This document shows, in pieces, positions 28,014-39,125 of a DNA stretch of 64,000 nt. Location: positions 16,864,001 through 16,928,000 of the forward strand of contig NC_092671.1 in NCBI RefSeq assembly GCF_964355755.1, in the 5' to 3' direction. The notes under the pieces were generated by a model. It ran no database searches. It saw only the letters and a program-made list of their open reading frames with translations, and was not told the origin of the DNA. The stretch comes from Antedon mediterranea. Lineage: Eukaryota; Animalia; Echinodermata. The position numbers were made by a program, and so were the translations under genes. The first letter of the stretch is position 1; each line of letters starts with the position of its first letter.

Positions 28014-29995
28014 TTCAATCGAACAAATGGTAATATTAAAAAAACATGGAATGTTATAAATGATGTAATTGATCCGAATAAAGGAAAAACTAAAGTTCCA
28101 TCTTCTTTTACACATAGCAATGAAACTATACATGGTTGCGAAAATGTTGTAAATCATATTAATGATTATTTTATTAATGTAGGTTGTAAGGTTCGAGACA
28201 ATATTGAGTGTACTACGACAAAATATTCTGAATACCTCACAAACAAACAACGCAACTCAATGTTTTTTTGCTATGTTGATGAGGAGGAGGTACTAAAAGT
28301 TATTGAATCTCTCGATTCAAACAAAGCCTCCGGATTTGATGACATTTCAGCTAAAGTTGTAAAGGAAGTAAAATACAATATTTTAAAGCCGCTGACATAT
28401 ATTTTTAATTTATCACTTCAAACTGGACTAATACCAGGGAAGTTGAAAATTTCCAAAGTAGTTCCCATACATAAAAAAGGGGACCGCCATTTGGCCTCAA
28501 ACTATCGTCCCATATCGCTGTTGCCCATTTTTTCGAAAGTTTTTGAAAAGATTATCCATAATCAATTATACAATTATCTTACAAAATGTAAAATGTTAAG
28601 CAACAATCAATATGGATTTAGAAACAAACACTCAACTTCTCATGCTATGATCGACTTGGTCCATAAAATATTAAATGCATTTGAAAAAAAGGAATATGCA
28701 CTTACTACCTTTATGGATTTGTCAAAAGCGTTTGACATTATCGATCACAGTATTCTGTTGAGCAAATTGGCGCATTATGGTATAAGAGGCATCGTTTTAA
28801 TGTGGTTTAGAAACTATTTAAGTGGCCGCAAACAATATGTTTATGCCAACGGTAGATCATCATGTTTAAAAGACACCAATATAGGGGTGCCACAGGGTTC
28901 TGTTTTAGGACCACTTTTGTTTTTAATTTACATCAATGATATAAGTCGAGCAAGTAGTAAAATAGATATAATTAGTTTTGCTGACGACACAACTTGTATA
29001 ACAAGGGGAGATGACCCTACAATGTTAAACCATACTATGAATATTGAACTAGAAAAAATAAACGTATGGCTTAAAGCAAATAAGCTGTTACTGAATGTCA
29101 GCAAAACTAATTACGTTGTTTTTAGAACTAGCCAAAAGAACTTTGACAAAAACCAGTTTAAAATAAAAATGAATAATGTGTTATTACATAGAAAAGAAAA
29201 TGTGACATTTCTAGGTGTAATGTTAAACGAAAATCTTAACTGGAAACATCACATACAGCTTATTAGGAAAAAAATGTCTAGGGCAATTGGTATACTTTTA
29301 AAAGTAAGAGAATTCTTTCCTCATAAAGTCCGTATTAGTCTTTATAACACCTTAGTATTACCTCACCTTCAGTATGGTAACTTAATATGGGGAAATACAT
29401 ACAAGAGCACGTTAGAAGTAATACTAAAACTCCAAAAGAGAGCTGTAAAATGCATTACCTTCTCTAAATCCAGACAAGCCTCAGAGCCACTGTTTAAGAA
29501 ACTAAAAATACGTTTATGATATTTACAAAGTAAACGTCATAGGATTTATGGCAAACGTAAAATTCAATGAATTACCACATCACATTTTAAATATTTTTAA
29601 TTACTGTGACAGTATTAGGCCTACTCATAACATCAGAACAGAAACTGAATTCGAAATTCCCTTCACAAGACTAACTTGCAGTCAACAGTTTATACACATA
29701 TATGGACCAAAATTGTGGAAAGAATTCACTTGTAATGGTGGTAATAAACCGGTTATCTTAAAGAAACAAAATGAATGTATAAAAAAAACAGGTTAAAAAA
29801 TACTTTTTATCACTATATGCTGATTAACAACACCTTTGTTTATTTAAGTTCTATATACTTGTTCTTACGTAAAAGGGTCCTACAAAAAAACGAAGCTATA
29901 GCTTTTTTATGCAGGATCCCTGTTCTCAGTTGCACTGTAATTATGATGTACTGTAATTGATGACTAAATAAATGTGGAATAAATAAAAATAAATA
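28014..29995 (+). mobile_element. 5'-truncated non-LTR retrotransposon (CR1/L2/Crack-type), RT domain intact
   Basis: NYRPISLLPIFSKVFEK, QYGFR, DLSKAFD, GVPQGSVLGPLLFLIYIND, FADDT, WLKANKLLLNVSKT. No endonuclease domain. A frameshift near 29515 separates it from ORF 29548..29796 (GPKLW). The 3' UTR ends in AATAAA-type repeats. Confidence 0.95.
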
Positions 29996-30934
29996 CCCCA
30001 TAGTATTTATTCGACTGTTCAAAACAATTTAATCATAATTGAATCTACCTACCACTTCGATCGGTTAAAGGAACTAAATAATTAGTAGAAAACCCCACAT
30101 ATTTGAAAGGCATAGGGTTTGTAGGTATTTAGTTTTTTTTAGTGATTCTTTATAAAAGCCTATTACGTAGAGAGGGATTTAAATTCAGTAGGATTGTTGT
30201 CTGAGGTCTAAGCGGTGCATACGAGACGTACCTTTTGTGACTTCTATTGTAGATCGCTGAAATGTAGTTTCTAATCAAATTAAAATAGCTAATTGTATGA
30301 CCAGTGGTTTTTTCTATGTTTCACGGTCATTTTTGGCAAAATTTGTCCATTAAAGTGAATAGAAATATGTATCTTCTGAGTATTACGACACCAACTATGA
30401 CCATATCCGCCCAACAATTTCTGAGATATGAAAAGTGTGCTCCAGGCCAAATTGTGCCGGCTATATGTCAAAGGTCAAAATTAGGGGTTTATTGACAGTT
30501 TTATGATTTTTATTACATTAGAACAAACATACTTTGCGACTAATTTGAGATATTCATATGGCAAATTTCTTGACCAGTGGACAAAAAAGGTGTTCTGAGT
30601 AGTTTGCACAAAAAATATTCCAATACACCCAGTAGTTACCAAGTTAAGCATAGTCCTAACTTTGACCATAATGACCTTTTGGCCCCTGTACGCCTACTGA
30701 CCAAGCATCCTAATTTGTTTTCGGCCAACAGCAAAAAATTGATTTGTATTGATATAAGGAAGCAAAAAACATTGTTTACACTGTTTGCTAGAGGGTGCAG
30801 GTGAACCATTTCTGGCTCCCCAACTAAAGCATTAGAAACATTACCAACAAACCAATAAACTTATTCAAGTTTTTCTAACTGATATTGACGTCTGACGGGG
30901 TTTTTTTTATTCAAAAGCAGACAATGCTGCGCCA

Positions 30935-31360
30935 AGTCAAGTTACTCGACATGTATGTCATATGACTAAATACTGTGACCTTAAGTTGCGGAAAACGGCA
31001 GTACCGGTTATATTAATTAATCTTAATCAAAATAATGGATATTTTATTTCAATACAAAAACTCCTTAGTCTTTATGTTTCCAATTTGTTCATATAGACCT
31101 ACTCTGATGCGATATAATTAGGGCCTACATAATAATATAAACAATTATGAACATTCTGGCTTTGGGATTAAATGTGCTCAAACGTAGCCTATACTGTCGT
31201 GTTTTTTGCCCCTGTGTTTCATTAGTCAACATTACGAAAAAAATAACTTTAAAACGACGCTAAAAATAAAAGAAAGGAAATGCGGTACCCAATCTGCTTC
31301 AGAAGAACTCCAACTACCGTTAATAACGATAGATCTGATGTTATCACTGACCACAACGCG
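30935..31360 (+). pseudogene. Truncated copy of the upstream region and 5' CDS of the 31983 LamG gene
   Basis: Colinear with ~31700-32190 (CCTACTCTGAT, TACTGTCGTGTTTTTTG, ACATTACGAAAA.., AAAACGACGCT.AAAATAAAAGAAAG, CAACTACCGTT.ATAACGA.AGATCTGAT). The ATG/signal-peptide segment is deleted and no LamG domain follows. Confidence 0.85.
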
Positions 31361-31982
31361 TTAGTGTTGTTACAACGTTGCAACTTTTTTTTCTTCCTAA
31401 TTGTTTGTAGTTTTCTTTTACCTGATTGTAGAATCCTGTATAAACAACAAGTATTTGATTTTAACACGTTACCGGTACTATATACAATGTCGGCTTATGT
31501 ACAATTCTAAATTAAGGCTCAACACAAGTTACTTAACATGACTTGTTCTGTCTCTCTCTCTTAAACGTTTGAGTATCACCAGGAAAAACTTAGAATCAGG
31601 GAAAATAAATAACCAATACACTTATTATCTCTTCATTAGTATTTGTAATTGATATTACTATTCTTTTAAAATACAAAAATAGATCATCTTTTCACAGAAT
31701 CAAGTTAATAATCTATTTTTCATGCATGACTAAATAGCATTATTGTGTGATCTCAATTAAGTTGATGAAAACATCAGTACAAGTTATATTGATTATCTTG
31801 AATATCTTATTTCAATTCAAACCTCATCAATCCCACATAATGATTATTCCTGAATTTGTTCATAGCCTACTCTGATACATAATTAGGTATACGTAATAAT
31901 ATTATTAGAAACATTCTGCCATTAGAGTTACTGACTAGTAGGCCTACTGTCGTGTTTTTTTGTTTGGTGTTCCGTAAGAATA

Positions 31983-32858
31983 ATGTACAGGATTTATCAA
32001 GTGTCTGTCCTGTTTATCGGTTTAATGACTGTACATTTATTTAGAAGCGACCAGGTAACATTACGAAAAAACAACTTGAAAACGACGCTGAAAATAAAAG
32101 AAAGCACATGCTTTCGGTACCCAACCCTCAGAAATGGAAGTCAAACTACCGTTGATAACGAAAGATCTGATCTTGTCACTGATAGCGTCGTAACAATTCC
32201 AGAAAGTATTGAAATTACTACAGATTACGGATACCCAGATGAGGATTTGTTGGCGCATTACGCATTTGAAGGCAACGTAGATGATACATCAGGAAATGGG
32301 CGTCATGGTAGGGTTATTATTGTAAATAATGGTACAAACTTAACATACTGTAGTGGATTGGTCGGCAATGCAGCTATATTTAGTGGTCAAGTAATTCAAA
32401 TTGATGATTTTAATAACTTTGATTTCGGACCAAATTTTACACTATGTTTCTGGTTACAGTGTAGCGGAACGGGAACTTACAGACAGCATATCTTAAATAA
32501 TGGTTTACGTGCTGGAGGTGAATTTGAAATAAGCCTATTTGGACGTAAAATAAAATCTTCGCTATTTAACCTAAACTCTGAACATAGAATGATTTTAGTT
32601 GATGAGTCTGGGTTTCTGGAATGGAATCACGTTGCAATGACGTACAATGGCAGTAATATGGTATTATATTTAAACGCAGAACAAAAAGACAGTTCAGATT
32701 GTTGTAACGGTCCGATTCCAAGAACAAATTTACCAGTCTTTATTGGAGGAGGGTTCAACTATGGACATTTGTTCTTCGGTTTAATGGACGAAATAAAGTT
32801 ATTCAAGAAAGCATTAACTAGAGACGATATAAATAAAGAAATTAACAGAAGAAAGTGA
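31983..32858 (+). CDS. Intronless secreted LamG-like jellyroll (Laminin_G_3/pentraxin-like) protein, 291 aa
   Basis: Hydrophobic N-terminus, Thr/Ser stalk, then LLAHYAFEGNVDDTSGNGRHG...FTLCFW...WNHVAMTYNGSNMVLYLN...VFIGG...FFGLMDEIKLFKKALT. Confidence 0.9.
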   Translation: MYRIYQVSVLFIGLMTVHLFRSDQVTLRKNNLKTTLKIKESTCFRYPTLRNGSQTTVDNERSDLVTDSVVTIPESIEITTDYGYPDEDLLAHYAFEGNVDDTSGNGRHGRVIIVNNGTNLTYCSGLVGNAAIFSGQVIQIDDFNNFDFGPNFTLCFWLQCSGTGTYRQHILNNGLRAGGEFEISLFGRKIKSSLFNLNSEHRMILVDESGFLEWNHVAMTYNGSNMVLYLNAEQKDSSDCCNGPIPRTNLPVFIGGGFNYGHLFFGLMDEIKLFKKALTRDDINKEINRRK

Positions 32859-34156
32859 GGCAATGTCTGACAATATAGAATGTTGGTCTATGGATGTATG
32901 GTCTTGGATAAGTTTTACACTAAATTTCTTAAGTTAAAAAAGTGAATGTTGGCTAAATGAGAGGCCAGTAGACCACTCTTTTGGAATGAAAACTAAATAG
33001 GGTAGAAAAGACTATATATAGATTATAAAAAACATAAAAGAAAGACAAATCCAACACACTTGATTATGTTATTACTGATTGATGGTTAGGTGACCATTAT
33101 TATTTAATTTTGTAAATATTCAGTTTTCATTGCGATTGTGGGTCTTACAAAAACAACTATCGGTAACATAGTATGTTGCTGAATAATATAATCGACTGTT
33201 GGCGCATGTATTTATGGTTTATCTGCTATCAAATGTTGCAATACAAAGATAGTGACAAACCATTTTATAAAATAATCAAAATATCTAATTCTATATTTTA
33301 ATGTATTTTGACTAGCGATGTTCACTTTATACGCAACAAAAGTACAATTTTTAACTAGATTTAATTCGTCACTATGACGAATTATAGGTTATATGCATTG
33401 ATTTAAATACAGATAATTGATTTTTAAAAAGGTCGAGCCACTTGAATAAAACAACGCGATCGCCGATCCGCGTAATATCATAACCACCTTTGTTACATAA
33501 TAATAAAGACATAACTTTTTTTCCTCTAGATTTCATTATAAATCAGCCGTATAATTTATCGGTACCTCGAATGCTATAGACGCGATCACAGAAAAGTGAA
33601 AAATATGATGAAATTGCAAAAAGAGTGTGCACTACCGTTTAACGCGCACACGTCATGGCAACGCTTAAAATTGCCTGAAACGTACTCTAATTTCATCGAA
33701 AATAATTTTTGACAATTTTTTAAATTGTAAGCGCCCTTACGCATGCGTGATATGCGCTACGCACATAATTGTATTGCAATATGATGAAATATGACCTGAA
33801 ATGTATAAGTACAAAATTTGGTTTAATTATGATACATTCTTGTGAAGATATGATTTCATACATTTCAACATAATGTCATTAAATCGCGCGCGTCCTTATT
33901 ATATATAGCGCATGAGACTTGCAATGCTGTTGTGCCCTGAAAAACGCACGAGAACAAAATTTGAGAAGACGAAACGCATTATGACATGTTACGACGGAAT
34001 AAGGGTGACGATCATCAGATCTCGATTGACCCTATAACACAAATGAACCACTACAAAAACTAAGGTCGTTCCTCCTACACGAATTGTTATTAAAATATTC
34101 ACACATTTAGAGTCAAAATAAAAGGCAGGTGTGAAAGGGAGCTATTGGCAATATAA

Positions 34157-34649
34157 GGTCTTGATCTTAGTTTTCTTGATCTTAGGTCTTATTAGGAGGT
34201 CTTAGTTTTCGTGATCTTAGGTCTTATTACGGGGTCTTAGTTTTCTTGATCTTAGGTCTTATTAGAAGGTCTTAGTTTTCGTGATCTTAGGTCTTATTAG
34301 AAGGTCTTAATTTTCGTGATCTTAGGTCTTATTAGGGGGTCTTAGTTTTCTTGATCTTAGGTCTTATTAGGGGGTCTTAGTTTTCGTGATCTTAGGTCTT
34401 ATTACGGGGTCTTAGTTTTCGTGACCTTAGGTCTTATTAGGGGGTCTTAATTTTCGTGATCTTAGGTCTTATTAGGGGGTCTTAGTTTTCTTGATCTTAG
34501 GTCTTATTAGGGGGTCTTAGTTTTCGTGATCTTAGGTCTTATTACGGGGTCTTAGTTTTCGTGATCTTAGGTCTTATTACGGGGTCTTAGTTTTCGTGAC
34601 CTTAGGTCTTATTAGGGGGTCTTAGTTTTCGTGATCTTAAGTTTCGTGA
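34157..34649. repeat. 35-bp tandem repeat, ~14 copies
   Basis: Unit GGGGTCTTAGTTTTCGTGATCTTAGGTCTTATTAG. Confidence 0.96.
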
Positions 34650-35297
34650 CTTTCTTTCATCATTGCATTTTACGCAATGCTATTGCTACGTTTTGACCTG
34701 TCAACGTTTCAATACAAACATTAGGGTCTGTTAATTCTGGCTCTGGCTTTTTAAGTAAAAAAGACAAACAAATAAACCAACATAAATTTTTAAGAACACT
34801 TTCAGTTCGTTATACAATACCGTAGTGGTACCAAATAGTTATGGAATTTTCATTTTTTATTTTATTTTATTTTATTTTATTCAATCAAAACCAACAGCGA
34901 TAAATACCGCCACTAACAGGTTTGAAACATAAAACAATACAACATCAAAAACGGTTAACAATAAAATACAGATAAAATATATATATATATATATATATAA
35001 AACATAGATTGGCATGCCATAAATAATTTCAATTAAAACAGGTTATGCAGACTGTTCAAGAAGTGAACACATCATCGTCCTCTTAAAATAACCAAGTCTA
35101 TCATTAAAAATATCGATATGATTGCTATTTAGATTATTAAATGTATAAGGTAGTCTATGAAAAAGTCCCCTCTTAGTACAGTCGACACGGCTAAAAGGAA
35201 TATGCAATAAATGTCTATTTCGTGTACGACCAGGAACATTTAAACTAAATAGTGAAATTAATGAACAGTCATATTTAGAATTTAAAATATTATATAA

Positions 35298-36137
35298 AAT
35301 TTTTTTTTTTATAATAGATATACCGAATAGGCTATAAAAAAGCTGCGCTTGCTTTTACTTTTCACAAGGCCTTTCATTTCATATATTTATTTGACCAACA
35401 AACCATAATATAAAATATACAGAGATGAATTGGTCAGAGACTGCTAAAGTAAATAAAATTGCTATAACTGCAAGAGTCAGCAGTCAGCAGTTTCATGAAC
35501 TAAAATAAATTCATAATAAACAGTAATTTAACTTGAATATGTTAAGAACAATTCGTGCACGTGGGAACTAGTTTAGTTTTTGTAGTGAGTCATTGTGTCA
35601 TGGAACAGTCGAGATCTGATAATCGGCACTATATGCCAACTTTCCGTCGTTCTGCAGTCGGGAATTTCGTCAGTAAGTAATGGAGTAAAGAGAGACGTCA
35701 ACATTGTGTCCTATGCTTTTTATATAGGTAAGGTACGTAACTTATCACGTGCGCTTTTCTAGGCACGTCAGCATTGCAGTCTCTCATGCGCTTTAATATT
35801 CACGTCGACGCATATATCCGCCTCTCATGCGCTTTTATTATGGAGCGTCAATCAAAGATGTCTCATACGTCTCATAATTACAAAATATATTGTATATTTT
35901 TTGTCTGCAAATCAGTATCTTTTATTAGTAAGAGCAACTATAAAAAATAATTTTGTAATATAGAATCGAGAAATGATAAATCAGTTGTTGCTTTGTTATA
36001 GTTTGAATGTAACAAAAATTAGCAAAACATTTTCATTTTCGTCAGAAAAGTTGATTTCGTTAACTATAAAGGAACGCACATTCAAAGATTCTTACCGGAG
36101 TTAATAATAATGTTAGTTTTCTGTTTAAGTTGTAAAC
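35298..36137. repeat. Left arm of ~840-bp inverted repeat
   Basis: Reverse complement of 37320-38158. By eye, differences appear only near 35605 and at the outer edge. Confidence 0.95.
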
Positions 36138-36304
36138 CAATGTATGGAAAACCTTGGACCTGACTGTCCTTTACCTCAGATTTACGAAACACCTTTTCCT
36201 GACGACGGACATAAACAACCTTAACATAACACCACGGATTAACAAAATAAAAAATGTTGGATTATGGTATTAAAAAAAGGAAATCTAACAGGACATAAGT
36301 TTAT

Positions 36305-36312
36305 TATAAATA
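36305..36312 (+). promoter_or_regulatory. Candidate TATA box of the 36365 LamG gene
   Basis: TATAAATA 60 bp before the ATG, with an Inr-like TCATTT at 36341; spacing is somewhat long. Confidence 0.4.
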
Positions 36313-36364
36313 CGGCGATAGTTTTTTCTGAGATGAACATTCATTTTATCATCATTTAGTCACA

Positions 36365-37234
36365 ATGAAGGTGTGGGTAGGATTATTCTACATACTGTTT
36401 CTTATCGTCAACGGGATTCAGTCCTGTAAAGAGAGATGCGACACAAGTTTGAACGTCAATCTTTCTGGTACGGATGACTCACAATGCGCATACGTGTTTT
36501 CGATTCCCGCTAAAGTTAATGGAAAATGTCCTCCATTAAAAGAGGCCGTAAAACAACTCTGCGATAAATACGATTCGGAAGACACACTGGCCCAACACCT
36601 GATTGGATACTACCCGTTTGACAGGGATTCCCTGGACTACTCTGGAAATGAACGAAACGGTGCCATAACCGGAGGATTGTCGTACGACAGCGGAATAAAA
36701 GGCAAAGCTGGTAAATTCGATGGCAGCACTAAAGTTGTTGTAGACGACTTTCGTAATTTCAACTTCGGATCAAAGTTTTCTGTCAGCGCATGGTTCCAAC
36801 GAACAACCACAACCAACTACCAAGGTATTGTCAACAATGGGTATTACAGTACCGGCGGCTGGGAGATTCGAATGGGCAGAGAATTTTCTGGACAAATGCT
36901 TGGTGGAGGAATCATAACCAGTGATAGTTCCACAGCGTGGGATTATATCAATCTTAGAGCCGCCCCGAATACATGGCATCATGTTGTTATGACATATGAT
37001 GGACAATTACTTTCGTTCTATCTTGATGGTGAAAAACAAGTTGGTGATGAAGACTGCTGTAGTGGAACCATTTTGGTGAAGAACACTCCGGTAACGATTG
37101 GACAAGCAGGCGTAGGTATGAACCTGGAGTACTTTGTTGGTCTTATTGATGAAGTGAAGCTCTTCGATATATCTTTAACGGCTGACCAAGTGGATGCTCT
37201 CTACAAGGACAATAACATTGGTTTACCTCAATAG
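36365..37234 (+). CDS. Intronless secreted LamG-like jellyroll (Laminin_G_3/pentraxin-like) protein, 289 aa
   Basis: Signal peptide MKVWVGLFYILFLIVNGIQS, Cys-rich segment with CAYVFSIP, then LIGYYPFDRDSLDYSGNERNG...FSVSAWF...WHHVVMTYDGQLLSFYLDG...VTIGQ...FVGLIDEVKLF. Shares DDF.NF.FG and DCC.G.I with 31983. Confidence 0.92.
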   Translation: MKVWVGLFYILFLIVNGIQSCKERCDTSLNVNLSGTDDSQCAYVFSIPAKVNGKCPPLKEAVKQLCDKYDSEDTLAQHLIGYYPFDRDSLDYSGNERNGAITGGLSYDSGIKGKAGKFDGSTKVVVDDFRNFNFGSKFSVSAWFQRTTTTNYQGIVNNGYYSTGGWEIRMGREFSGQMLGGGIITSDSSTAWDYINLRAAPNTWHHVVMTYDGQLLSFYLDGEKQVGDEDCCSGTILVKNTPVTIGQAGVGMNLEYFVGLIDEVKLFDISLTADQVDALYKDNNIGLPQ

Positions 37235-37319
37235 ATGTTTTTTCTGTCTAATACTGTACTAAAATTAATTAATTTTAATTTTAATTAATTAAAACTGATT
37301 TGTTTATTAATACCACTTT

Positions 37320-38158
37320 GTTTACAACTTAAACAGAAAACTAACATTATTATTAACTCCGGTAAGAATCTTTGAATGTGCGTTCCTTTATAGTTAACGA
37401 AATCAACTTTTCTGACGAAAATGAAAATGTTTTGCTAATTTTTGTTACATTCAAACTATAACAAAGCAACAACTGATTTATCATTTCTCGATTCTATATT
37501 ACAAAATTATTTTTTATAGTTGCTCTTACTAATAAAAGATACTGATTTGCAGACAAAAAATATACAATATATTTTGTAATTATGAGACGTATGAGACATC
37601 TTTGATTGACGCTCCATAATAAAAGCGCATGAGAGGCGGATATATGCGTCGACGTGAATATTAAAGCGCATGAGAGACTGCAATGCTGACGTGCCTAGAA
37701 AAGCGCACGTGATAAGTTACGTACCTTACCTATATAAAAAGCATAGGACACAATGTTGACGTCTCTCTTTACTCCATTACTTACTGACGAAATTCCCGAC
37801 TGCAGAACGACGGAAAGTTGGCATATAGTGCCGATTATCAGATCTCGACTGGTCCCATGACACAATGACTCACTACAAAAACTAAACTAGTTCCCACGTG
37901 CACGAATTGTTCTTAACATATTCAAGTTAAATTACTGTTTATTATGAATTTATTTTAGTTCATGAAACTGCTGACTGCTGACTCTTGCAGTTATAGCAAT
38001 TTTATTTACTTTAGCAGTCTCTGACCAATTCATCTCTGTATATTTTATATTATGGTTTGTTGGTCAAATAAATATATGAAATGAAAGGCCTTGTGAAAAG
38101 TAAAAGCAAGCGCAGCTTTTTTATAGCCTATTCGGTATATCTTTATTAAAAAAAAATT
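37320..38158. repeat. Right arm of ~840-bp inverted repeat
   Basis: Reverse complement of 35298-36137; contains AATAAA at 37531, a candidate poly(A) signal for the enclosed gene. Confidence 0.95.
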
Positions 38159-38529
38159 CAAATGACACAAACAGCCGATGGCTGAAACCGTAGTCGTACA
38201 TTATAAAGCTTTTTTGAATTGGTAGCCAACTTTCTTTCATCATTGCATTTCCGCAATCCTTTTCCAGCCCGTTGTGTACAGCAGTCGGCTCTGTCAACCT
38301 TACTCGGGTCTGTTAATTCTTTTGACATCGGCTTCTTAAACGTAAAAGACGCCCTTTAGGTCGGCCAAAAACAAATCTTTATTATAATACCGATTTACAT
38401 TGGATGATTATGGTAATATATATTTATAACAAAAAATACATTATATTTTGCTGTAGTTCTGTTCTCGAACCCTTACGTCTATTGAAACCACCCCGTCAAA
38501 GCGCATGATACGGTTATGCCGATGTGCCA

Positions 38530-38890
38530 TATAAAATCGTTTGAGAATGCAATGTCGACGTAACCATATAAAATCGCATGCGACACAAGGCCGACGTACC
38601 ATATAAAATCGCATGCGACACAACGCCGACGTACTATATAAAATCGCATGCGACACAAGTCCGACGTACTATATAAAATCGCATGCGACACAAGTCCGAC
38701 GTACTATATAAAATCGCATGCGACACAAGTCCGACGTCCCATTATAAAATCGCATGCGACACAACGCCGACGTACCATACAAAATCGCATGCGACACCAG
38801 GCCGACATACTATATAAAATCGGATGCGACACAACGCCGACGTACTATATAAAATCGCATGCGACACAAGGTCGATGTACCATTATATGC
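38530..38890. repeat. 35-bp CpG-rich tandem repeat, ~10 copies
   Basis: Unit TATAAAATCGCATGCGACACAA(GT/CG)CCGACGTACTA, with internal palindrome TCGCATGCGA. Confidence 0.93.
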
Positions 38891-39125
38891 GACGCACGAT
38901 ATGTATAGTAAAACAGCTCTTCACAACAACATCTGTTGTTTATTGATCAATTCATACACTCACATTATACAGTATTCTTGATAAATGGGACTAACACAGC
39001 TTTTTATTGATTTTATAATTACCGCTAATGGATAGGGATTCACCACATCGATGTATCCTATTGAAATTGAACGTCGGATTATTTAGTATATAGTTCACTC
39101 AAAATTAAGTAATAACAGTTTTAAA

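Noticed and set aside
25378-29519. Repeat array next to an RT as a CRISPR-, DGR-, retron- or telomerase-like system
   Set aside because: There are no unique spacers, cas genes or template/variable repeat pair. The RT is an ordinary non-LTR ORF2 fragment with its own 3' tail, and the repeat derives from a host gene stalk.
37784-37845. CTGACGA...GAAA plus hairpin in the palindrome arm as a hammerhead
   Set aside because: A stem III-like hairpin exists, but stems I and II do not pair.
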